The notes under the pieces: model-generated
The model's input: only the letters and a program-made list of their open reading frames with translations
Told to the model about the DNA's origin: nothing
The model's database searches: none
Made by a program: the position numbers and the translations under genes
Shown here: positions 46,967 through 54,767 of the stretch, one piece after another
Layout: every line of letters starts with the position of its first letter
How positions within the stretch are numbered: position 1 is the stretch's first letter
NCBI GenBank assembly: GCA_965215505.1
Contig: OZ244065.1
Location: forward strand, 2,336,001 to 2,400,000
Source of the DNA: Capsulimonadaceae bacterium
Lineage (GTDB): Bacteria; Armatimonadota; Armatimonadia; Armatimonadales; Capsulimonadaceae
Direction of reading: 5' to 3'
DNA: 64,000 nucleotides

Positions 46967-47857
46967 TTACGGCTCCTCCGGCGGCCACAGGGCGGCGGCA
47001 CCGGGGGGCGGGGCCCAGGGGTCTTGGGGGTGGTAGTGACGCCAGACCAGCCGGGACAGGGCGCGGATGGCGGCCAGGCCCTCGTTATCGTGCGTCCACC
47101 GGTCGTCGCGCTGGCCCTTGGTGAAGACGGTCAGGACGTACTCGCCGCTCGGCGCGAAGACGTAGGCGGTGTCGGAGCGGTGGCCGTCAATCGCGCCGGT
47201 CTTGTGGGCGATCTGGACAGACGGGGGGATTTCGGCGGCGATGGCGCTGTCCCAGTACTGGTGCGCCAGCAGGCGCAGCATCCGGTCGCAGGCGGCGTGG
47301 CTCGCGGCCTGCCCGTCGCGGATCATCTCCAGCAGGCGCCCCATCTCGGCGGGCGTGGTCATGCCCAGGCCGTATTGCTGCTGCAAGGGCAGCAGGCCGA
47401 GCTCCACCTTCTGCGGCCCGTTCAGCAGCTTCGTCTGCGTCAGCCCTAGCCCGGCCAGCCATGCATTGACGTTCCCCTGCCCGACGACCTCGCGCAGCAC
47501 CATGGTGGCGGTGTTGTCGCTCATGGTGATCATCAGGTCGAGCCACTGCGGCAGCGGGAGCGGGGTGCCGGGCGGGAAGAAGAAGGAGTAGCCGCCCTCC
47601 TGACGCGGGACTAAGGCAGGGGGTGTGGGGAAGCTGTCTGACCACTGAAGCCGGCCCGCATCCACCTGAGACATGACCGTCCCCATGATGGCGGTCTTGA
47701 TGGTGCTGGCGGTCGGAAAGGCTTCGTCGCCCTGGCTGGCGATCTTCTCCCCTCGCCCACGGTGATGCAGGCTGTAGCCCAGCGTCCCGCCGAAGCCGTC
47801 AGCGATGCCTTCCATCGCGGCTTCCAGTGCCGCCAAATCCTGCGCCTGCTCTGCCAC
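46967..47857 (-). CDS. class A beta-lactamase-like serine hydrolase
   Basis: FPTASTIK (SxxK), SDN and HKTG. No ExxLN omega-loop motif. Confidence 0.85.
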   Translation of the reverse strand: MAEQAQDLAALEAAMEGIADGFGGTLGYSLHHRGRGEKIASQGDEAFPTASTIKTAIMGTVMSQVDAGRLQWSDSFPTPPALVPRQEGGYSFFFPPGTPLPLPQWLDLMITMSDNTATMVLREVVGQGNVNAWLAGLGLTQTKLLNGPQKVELGLLPLQQQYGLGMTTPAEMGRLLEMIRDGQAASHAACDRMLRLLAHQYWDSAIAAEIPPSVQIAHKTGAIDGHRSDTAYVFAPSGEYVLTVFTKGQRDDRWTHDNEGLAAIRALSRLVWRHYHPQDPWAPPPGAAALWPPEEP

Positions 47858-47878
47858 GCGGCCTCCCGAGCGTCGCCC

Positions 47879-48148
47879 CTACGGGGGGGCCGCTGCCCCT
47901 TTGTTTTCGTTCTGCTTCTGCTTCATCTCTTCCTGATCGCCGGGGGACATCGGCGAGGGGGCGGCAGCGCCCGGCGCTCCAGGCGTCGCCGCCGCTGTGG
48001 GTGCCGCCGCGACCGGGGCCGGGGCCGACGGCGGGGGGGCGGCTGGATGGCTACACCCGGAGATCATCGCCCCGCCGATCAGCAGGGCCGCCGTGACAGC
48101 CGCCGCGCGGAGCTGGACTGAAATCTTTTCATCTCGCACGATGCTCAT
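47879..48148 (-). CDS. small Pro/Ala-rich lipoprotein
   Basis: Hydrophobic stretch followed by an ISGC lipobox. Lies downstream of the prepilin-like gene. Confidence 0.65.
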   Translation of the reverse strand: MSIVRDEKISVQLRAAAVTAALLIGGAMISGCSHPAAPPPSAPAPVAAAPTAAATPGAPGAAAPSPMSPGDQEEMKQKQNENKGAAAPP

Positions 48149-48243
48149 GCATTTGCCTTTCTCTTGGCTTGGGTTCAGGGCCGCTCGCTGAGACGGCCCT
48201 GAAAGAGTGTTCTTCCAGGGCCGCCGCTTGCCGAGTCAGGCTT

Positions 48244-49095
48244 CTAGGGCCACATGTCGTTGCCGGTGATGCTCCAGTAGTGGCCGGACAGGGTCATGTC
48301 GCTCGTCCGCATGGCTTTCACATGGCCGTCGCAGAAGGCCACCACGGTAAAGGAATTCGGGTCGGGCTGCTGGGCCCTGAGCGTCTTCATGTAGCTCTGC
48401 GAGTGCCGCCCCGGAAGCGTCTCCATGGCACCGTTGTAGGTGTTTGGCGCGCAGGGCAGCGCAGGGCAGCCACTGTAGTTGTCGAAGGCGGACAGGGCCA
48501 GCGCCCGACCGGGGAGTACCCCGTAGGTGGCGGTGTCCCACGTCTCGACGACCGCCGCCGCCGTGGCAGGCGCCTGGACCTGAGCCAGACTCACGGGGAG
48601 GTAGGTGGTGTTGACGCCCGACGGCTCGTACCAGTTCACGAGGTCATCACTGATGCCGTAGGAGGTCACGTTGCCCACAGTGGTCTGGACCTGCGGGGCC
48701 GAAGGCCCATCGGGGCAGATAAAGACGCCTGAAAGGTCCTTGGCCGCCGCCTGACCGCCCGCCAGACTGGTGCCAGCCTTCTGGATGTAGGCGGACACGG
48801 TCTGGGGCCAATACTGCTGGTTACCGGTGTAGGAGGCATTACCCGGATTGTACCCACTGAAGTAGGGGCAATACTTCTCATCGGAGTCCTGGATGTACAT
48901 GACCAGGCCCAGCCCGATCTGCTTCAGGTTAGACTGGCAGGAGGCGCGGCGGGCATTCTCGCGGACCTTCTGGAAGACGGGGAAAAGAATGGCGGCAAGA
49001 ATCGCGATGATGGCGATGACGACGAGCAGCTCGATCAGGGTGAAGCCGTGGCGCGGGCGCGGGCGGCTGGAGACAGTGGACGAGAGAGTAGACAT
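48244..49095 (-). CDS. DUF1559 prepilin-type N-cleavage / H-X9-DG protein
   Basis: [38 protein letters not shown] and a C-terminal RH...FCDGHVK. Confidence 0.92.
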   Translation of the reverse strand: MSTLSSTVSSRPRPRHGFTLIELLVVIAIIAILAAILFPVFQKVRENARRASCQSNLKQIGLGLVMYIQDSDEKYCPYFSGYNPGNASYTGNQQYWPQTVSAYIQKAGTSLAGGQAAAKDLSGVFICPDGPSAPQVQTTVGNVTSYGISDDLVNWYEPSGVNTTYLPVSLAQVQAPATAAAVVETWDTATYGVLPGRALALSAFDNYSGCPALPCAPNTYNGAMETLPGRHSQSYMKTLRAQQPDPNSFTVVAFCDGHVKAMRTSDMTLSGHYWSITGNDMWP

Positions 49096-49315
49096 GGCTT
49101 TCGCCTCCTTCAACAAAGCGGTCGGGCCAGCCTGCGGCGGTGCAGGATTCTGGCAAAGCTTCTGAAAAGAGGGCAACGGCGCCCAGAGACAGCAGTGGGA
49201 CGAGTGAGGATGCTAGGCGGATTATAGCACGTCTGCACCGGGTTTGCAAGCCCAAGCGGAGGGACTTTCGCGGTTTTTTGTGGTTCTTCGCTGTCTATGC
49301 TACGGACCATGGCAG

Positions 49316-49480
49316 AACCATGTGTTGAAACACACGGCTGGACGGCGAAGACGCCACGAAGTACCGCTTCTGCATTGGCAGACCCGGAGGGCGCGGCACT
49401 CGGATAAATCCCTCTGATCCCCGCGAAGCGTGAGATTCACGGCGTCTTCGCCGTCTAGCCGTGCCATTCACGGCATGGTT
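49316..49480. repeat. second REPIN-like element of the tnpA-associated family
   Basis: AACCATGTGTTGAAACACACGGCTGGACGGCGAAGACGCC...GGCGTCTTCGCCGTCTAGCCGTGCCATTCACGGCATGGTT. Its internal sequence is homologous to 44255-44391. Confidence 0.85.
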
Positions 49481-49592
49481 TCCGTCGCGGCATGGCGCAT
49501 TGAGGCCCGACCTTTGACGCCGACCCCTTGACGCCGGGCCGCTTCCGGGTTACAATGCCGCAAGTCCCCGCCCGACAGGAGTCCACCAGCCC

Positions 49593-51164
49593 ATGTCCCT
49601 CCGAGTCACCCGCCGCCAAGCGATCCAAGGCGCAGCCCTCGCGCTGGCCGCTGGCGCGCTGCCGCCGCCCGCTTCCGCACAGACGCCGCTGCCCACCTTC
49701 ACGCCGCCCTCGCCGCCGCAGACCGCCGCCCCGCCGCGCGGGTTGGCCGCCGTGACCGCCGTCCTCGGCAGCGGCGTGGGCCTGTATGTCGGCAACGACT
49801 GGGCGGAGTGGGACGACGCCGCCCGGCGGTTCGCCTTGGCGAAGGCCCGCGCCTGGGGCTTCGACTTCCTCTGCCCCAAGGTCGGCGGGTACGCGCGGAC
49901 GTGCTACCGGGATGAGGCGCACCTGCGCTCCTGGGCCGAGGCGGCGCGCGGAGTCGGCCTGGGCTTCGTCCCGTTCATCTACACCATCCCGGAGACGGGC
50001 GACGCGGACGCCCGCATCTGCGCCCAGATGGCGCGGACGGTCGGGATCGCCTGCGTGGACATGGAGGACGAGTGGGGTTCCGCCGAGAAGGGGGCGGTTC
50101 CGGGCTACCAGGGCGAGCGGATGGCCTCCTTCGGGCGCATCTACCGCTCGGAGGCCGGGGCGCTGCCGATCATCGTCACCGGCTACGGTGATCCTCTGAC
50201 CCGCTTCGGCCCGGCCGCCACCGCCTACCCGAACGCCGAGATGGCGGCCTGGATGGACGCCTACTCGCCGCAGTGGTACATCGGCGTCTACTCCCGCTAC
50301 AAAAAGGGCGGCGTCCAGGCGGCCCTGGACTGGGGCAAAGCCGAATGCCGGACGGCCCTGGGCGCGGACTTCCCGACCTGCCCCTCCGTGGACATTTCCT
50401 GTAGCTTCACGCCCGACGGTCTGTTCCCGCTGGCGGACACGCGCACGATGATGGAAACCCTGCGCGCCTACAACGCGCCCATCTTCGTCTGGGAGTACGG
50501 CCTGATGACACCCGCCCATGCCGAGTCCCTGCTCGGTCCGCCGGACGTCCGCAACATCCGCGTGGGCCGCTCGCGCAAGGACAGCCTTGCGGTAGTCTGG
50601 GACACGCGCGTCCCCGCCCGCTCGGTCGTCACCTGCCGCCCGCCGTCCGGCGCGGCCACGACCAGCCGGGGCGACACGCTGGAACTGACCCACTCGGGCG
50701 GCGCGGAGAAGCTGACGCCGGGTGCGGCCTGCCTCGTGACCGTGCAGTCAGTCTCGGGCGGCGGCGCGTCCCCCGTCGTCCCGCTGACTGTCTCCACGGC
50801 CCCCGCCGTGCCGGGCGTGTTCGTCCAGTCGGCTCTCGCCACCCGCGCCGCCCTGGGCCACGTCGTCCTGACCCTGCTGATCGCCAACAGCGCCGACGCC
50901 GAGGTATCCGACGTGCAGGTGACATCGCTGGCCGTCGAGGGCGGCACGGTCCTCGCGCCCGTCACGCTCCCCCACGCGCTCGGCACGCTGGGCAAGCGCG
51001 ACTGGCAGGCCTCCACGCGCGACCGGGCTGGATTAGAGGTTGTGGTCACGGGGCTGCCAGCCACGGCCCCTCAGTTGACGCTGCGGGTGGGCGGGACGGC
51101 GGCGGGCGGCAAGGCCTGGGCGGCAACGCTGCCGGTGACGGTGCCGGTGACGGTGCCGGCCTGA
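49593..51164 (+). CDS. Tat-exported protein, possible glycoside-hydrolase-like barrel plus FN3-like domain
   Basis: TRRQAIQGAALAL twin-arginine signal; an aromatic-rich core (VDMEDEW, YSPQWY, FVWEYG); and a C-terminal SLAVVWDT..LTPG..VTVQS. Confidence 0.6.
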   Translation: MSLRVTRRQAIQGAALALAAGALPPPASAQTPLPTFTPPSPPQTAAPPRGLAAVTAVLGSGVGLYVGNDWAEWDDAARRFALAKARAWGFDFLCPKVGGYARTCYRDEAHLRSWAEAARGVGLGFVPFIYTIPETGDADARICAQMARTVGIACVDMEDEWGSAEKGAVPGYQGERMASFGRIYRSEAGALPIIVTGYGDPLTRFGPAATAYPNAEMAAWMDAYSPQWYIGVYSRYKKGGVQAALDWGKAECRTALGADFPTCPSVDISCSFTPDGLFPLADTRTMMETLRAYNAPIFVWEYGLMTPAHAESLLGPPDVRNIRVGRSRKDSLAVVWDTRVPARSVVTCRPPSGAATTSRGDTLELTHSGGAEKLTPGAACLVTVQSVSGGGASPVVPLTVSTAPAVPGVFVQSALATRAALGHVVLTLLIANSADAEVSDVQVTSLAVEGGTVLAPVTLPHALGTLGKRDWQASTRDRAGLEVVVTGLPATAPQLTLRVGGTAAGGKAWAATLPVTVPVTVPA

Positions 51165-51182
51165 CGCAGACGTGAAACAGGA

Positions 51183-51240
51183 GGGCGCGGCAAGCAGCGC
51201 CCCTACGGGGCAGGACGTAGGGGAGCGATTTATCGCGCCC
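51183..51240. repeat. pair of GTAG-type REP palindromes
   Basis: GGGCGCGGCAAGCAGCGCCCCTAC and GTAGGGGAGCGATTTATCGCGCCC in opposite orientation, followed by a 15-bp tandem repeat GCGCCCTCTCCATGT. Confidence 0.75.
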
Positions 51241-51344
51241 TCTCCATGTGCGCCCTCTCCATGTGCGCCCTCCCAAAAGCCGGGCAGGAATTTTCACCCT
51301 CCCGCGCGAACTGTCCCTAACGCAACTTCGATGGGAGACTCACG

Positions 51345-52316
51345 ATGCAGTATACGAGTTTAGGCCGGACGGGCCTGAAAGTCAGCCGCCTGTGCCTCGG
51401 CACCATGAACTTCGGGCCGCAGACGACCGAGGAAGACAGCTTCAAGATCATGGACCACGCCCTGGAACTGGGCATCAACTTCTGGGACACCGCCGACGTC
51501 TACGGCTGGAAGCAGGGCGAGGGCTACACCGAGCAGATTTTGGGCCGCTACTTCGCCCAGGGCGGCGGGCGGCGCGAGAAGGTCGTACTCGCCACCAAGT
51601 TCTACGGCGGCATGGGATTCGGCGACATGAAGGACTGGCCAAACACCAACCGGCTGTCCGCCCTGCACATCCGCAAGGCCTGCGAGGACAGCCTCAAGCG
51701 GATGCAGACCGACTACATTGACCTCGAACAGATGCACCACATTGACCGCGAGACGCCCTGGGAGGAGATCTACCAGGCATTCGAGACGCTGGTGGCCCAG
51801 GGCAAGGTCATCTACTTCGGGTCCAGTAACTTCGCCGGCTGGCACATCGCGCAGGCCTCGGAGATCGCGAGGCACCGCAGCTTCCTCGGGCTGGTGTCCG
51901 AGCAGACCCACTACAACCTGAACGTCCGCAAGCCGGAACTGGAAGTGATCCCCGCCTGCGAGAAGTACGGCCTGGGCCTGATCCCCTGGTCGCCATTGGC
52001 CGGCGGCCTGCTGGGCGGCATCCTGCAAAAAGAAGCCACGGGCCGCCGGTCCGGCATGGACATCGAGGCCAAGCGCCCGCAGCTCGAAAAGTGGGAGGGC
52101 CTGTGCGGCGAATTGGGCGAGAAGCCCGCCGATGTCGCCCTGGCCTGGCTGCTGCACAACCCGGTCGTGACCGCCCCGATCATCGGCCCGCGCACGATGG
52201 AGCAGCTTGATGGGTCCCTGCGCGCCATGGAGATCACGCTGGGCGACGAGACCTCCAAGAAGCTGGACGAGATCTTCCCCGGCCACAAGACGGCCCCGGA
52301 AGACTACGCCTGGTAG
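51345..52316 (+). CDS. aldo/keto reductase
   Basis: LGRTGLKVSRLCLGTMNFG, DTADVYG, LATK, GSSNF and WSPLAGG. Confidence 0.93.
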   Translation: MQYTSLGRTGLKVSRLCLGTMNFGPQTTEEDSFKIMDHALELGINFWDTADVYGWKQGEGYTEQILGRYFAQGGGRREKVVLATKFYGGMGFGDMKDWPNTNRLSALHIRKACEDSLKRMQTDYIDLEQMHHIDRETPWEEIYQAFETLVAQGKVIYFGSSNFAGWHIAQASEIARHRSFLGLVSEQTHYNLNVRKPELEVIPACEKYGLGLIPWSPLAGGLLGGILQKEATGRRSGMDIEAKRPQLEKWEGLCGELGEKPADVALAWLLHNPVVTAPIIGPRTMEQLDGSLRAMEITLGDETSKKLDEIFPGHKTAPEDYAW

Positions 52317-52337
52317 ACGGAGCGGAAGTGAAACGAG

Positions 52338-52370
52338 GAAAGCGCCGGGCGAACGCCCGGCGCTTTTCTT
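52338..52370 (+). terminator. intrinsic terminator
   Basis: AAAGCGCCGGGC-GAAC-GCCCGGCGCTTT followed by TCTT. Confidence 0.8.
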
Positions 52371-52420
52371 GTGTGGCAGCCTAATGAGGGCGAACAAGGG
52401 CGGGCGGACGGGGACAAGAA

Positions 52421-52501
52421 GGGCGAACACAAGGTTCGCGCCCTACATCCGTCCGCGCATCCTGTCCATCTACCCCGTAGGGGCGAACCTTGTGTTCGCC
52501 C
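52421..52501. repeat. inverted pair of GTAG-type REPs
   Basis: GGGCGAACACAAGGTTCGCGCCCTAC / GTAGGGGCGAACCTTGTGTTCGCCC. The flanks extend the hairpin (GGGCGGACGGGG / CCCCGTCCGCCC). Confidence 0.8.
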
Positions 52502-52542
52502 TTGCTTTCCCTTTCGCCCCGTCCCCCGTCCGCCCTTCCGCT

Positions 52543-53097
52543 TCACCCCCACGGCTGAAGGAGGAGCTGCTGGCGGTCGCGGATCAGGCCCGCGAGCGAC
52601 TGGATGAGGGCAGTCAGCGGCGGCGTCGGGTCGCCCTCCTGCCAGTCGTCCGCCGTCCATTTATCAACGCAGGCGACGATGTCGGACGTCTGCTGGACCA
52701 GGCCGTCGTCGAAAGCGATCAGGGCGTGCAGCAGGGTGGTTTCCTGCCGCAGACGCCACCAGAACTTGTCGGAGGCGGGCGCGGCCATGCCCCGGATGTC
52801 GCCCTCCAGCCCGCCCAGGCGCTCCCGGAGCCGGCCCAGGCCGCGCAGCTTCTCCATCGCAGCGGGGGCAGGGTACGGCGACTCGCGGGTGCTGGGCGGC
52901 ACGAACCGGTGCGCGTACTCGGCTTCCAGTTGCCGCAGGGTCTGGGCGGCCTGGCCTAAAGACGCCCCGGCCCGCTGGCGCACCAGCAGGTCGTCGGCCC
53001 GCGCCTGATTGGCCCGGCCGTAGAAGTTGTACCCGCCGCCCGACAGCAGCACCTGGAGGCGCTGGACGACGGCGTTTTGGCTCGGCGCATCGCTCAT
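52543..53097 (-). CDS. helical hypothetical protein
   Basis: 184 aa, 11 bp downstream of the SPFH gene. Contains RADDLLVR..LIAFD. Confidence 0.7.
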   Translation of the reverse strand: MSDAPSQNAVVQRLQVLLSGGGYNFYGRANQARADDLLVRQRAGASLGQAAQTLRQLEAEYAHRFVPPSTRESPYPAPAAMEKLRGLGRLRERLGGLEGDIRGMAAPASDKFWWRLRQETTLLHALIAFDDGLVQQTSDIVACVDKWTADDWQEGDPTPPLTALIQSLAGLIRDRQQLLLQPWG

Positions 53098-53108
53098 GGC
53101 GGGGCTTC

Positions 53109-53972
53109 CTACGAACTGCCGTCGGCGGGCGTCTCGGCGGGCGGGACGGCGGGCCGGACCCAGTTCTCCGAGGCCACCGTGGACTGCGCGCCGCCGATAT
53201 TGAAGGGCTGGCCGACGGCCATGTTGGGGGCGCTGACGATGCCGCGCTCGGCCATGACCATGGCGGTGTAGTAGCGGACGGCCTCCATCTCGGTCAGGCC
53301 GAAGGCTTTCAGCGAGATCAGGGCCTTCATGCGCGGGTCGGTGGGGTGGACCAGCACCTTGACGGTGTTCAGCGTGATGCCGTAGACCGCCAGGAACTCC
53401 TGCAAGTGGCTGTAGACCAGCGCGGTCAGGTCGTGGATCTTCTCGTTGACCTGTTCCAGCGGCGTCACCTGGATGAGCTGGTTGATAGCCTGTTCCACCA
53501 CCGGCCCGGCGTAGGCGTTGAGGCTCTCGGTCAAGAGGGCGTGGCCGCTGTAGGGCATGTGCTGGACCAGCTTCACGGCGTCCTCGCGCGTGTCCACATG
53601 GATGTAGTAGTCCACGTCATAGGTCAGCTCGGCCATCTCGCGCGACAGGGCGATGCCGGACGCGCCGACGACGAGCTTGGCGCGGTTGACGTACAGCGCC
53701 TCATACTGCCAGGGGCTTTGGCCGCCGTAGAAGGCCTGCTGGATGGAGCCGAACAGGACGGTCTGCGGGGTGTCTATGGGGTACTGCCCGGTTTCGTAGA
53801 CGTTGAGGATGGCCCCGCGCGACTTCAGGACGCAGAAGTGGTTGCTTTCGACGGTGAGGAGCGAGCCGTTGACGATGTCGTTGTTGGGGTAGTGCCAGAG
53901 CAGGACGTTCGGCCCCATGACCTCCTGCCCCGAGGGGTCGAGTGTCGAGATAACGCTGCGGATGCCGGGCAT
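53109..53972 (-). CDS. SPFH/band-7-like protein (soluble type)
   Basis: LLWHYP..I.NGS.LTV.SNHFCVL...G....VYETGQY, ALYVN and FL..YGI.L. AGGAGG RBS. Confidence 0.7.
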   Translation of the reverse strand: MPGIRSVISTLDPSGQEVMGPNVLLWHYPNNDIVNGSLLTVESNHFCVLKSRGAILNVYETGQYPIDTPQTVLFGSIQQAFYGGQSPWQYEALYVNRAKLVVGASGIALSREMAELTYDVDYYIHVDTREDAVKLVQHMPYSGHALLTESLNAYAGPVVEQAINQLIQVTPLEQVNEKIHDLTALVYSHLQEFLAVYGITLNTVKVLVHPTDPRMKALISLKAFGLTEMEAVRYYTAMVMAERGIVSAPNMAVGQPFNIGGAQSTVASENWVRPAVPPAETPADGSS

Positions 53973-54048
53973 GATGGATTCCTCCTGAGAGACGGGTGTG
54001 GGCTAGGAGTTCACCAAAGGCGGGGCGCTTCCCTGCTTCTGCCGGCCT

Positions 54049-54754
54049 CTATGTGTCAGGCGTCACCTGAGAATAAAGCACCTCTTGCCCCAGCAGCCAG
54101 TCCAAAGCTTTCTGGCGCTCGTGCGCGAGGCTGTTTACAAGATCAACGTCGCTTTCAGCGGCCTGCATAATCGGCAAGTCGCCGATCGCAAGATCGTTCT
54201 CCACGAAGCGTAGGCCCATCTGGTCGGGACCGATGCGGCTTCTCTCTGCAAAAGATTTGAAGTCAAACCATTTCAGCCGCTTCTGGAGATTAGCCACCCT
54301 CCAGTGCAGGGCCAGCATTTGATCCTCAAGGTTCTGGATCTCAGTCCCAGGCCGGAGTTCCGGGTCGTCAAGAAGATCACGGGCATCATCCCACAGGAAG
54401 TCAAGCGCCTCTGCGACGGCATGAGCGTCAACCTCCTTGTCGTACTCAGGCAAAGGGAACCGTTGCAATGCCCAGGCCAACATCGCAAGCCCTTCACAGA
54501 ACCATCCGGCTTTTATCGCTTGCTGCGGCGAAAGCGTCCCGAGCGGGGCATTGAGCAGTGCCGTTTCGTGAGGCTCGACCTCGGAAGGGACTCCCATCTT
54601 GTCCAGCCAATCAACAGCGCGGAGGCGCAGTTCTTCGGCCTCTGGGTTGCCCGCCGCCTTCTCGATGAACCCACGGCAGGCGACCGCCGACATCACGAGC
54701 GCCCGCGCGGCGCGGGGTCGGCGGCGTCCAGGGGTCCTTTTCTGAGTCGTCCAT
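54049..54754 (-). pseudogene. DUF4272-like protein with an apparent N-terminal frameshift
   Basis: W..EGLAMLAWAL, LHWR and ERQKALDWL..Y.....DT. The RBS-ATG at 54754 is 58 nt (out of frame) from the GTG at 54696. Confidence 0.6.
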
Positions 54755-54767
54755 GTCCTCGACTGGC

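Noticed and set aside
46967-47857. Antibiotic-resistance beta-lactamase
   Set aside because: It has SxxK/SDN/KTG but lacks the ExxLN (Glu166) motif and a signal peptide, so it is more likely a related serine hydrolase.
49096-49230. Riboswitch in the leader of the DUF1559 gene
   Set aside because: The leader is long, but I recognised no aptamer consensus or expression platform.
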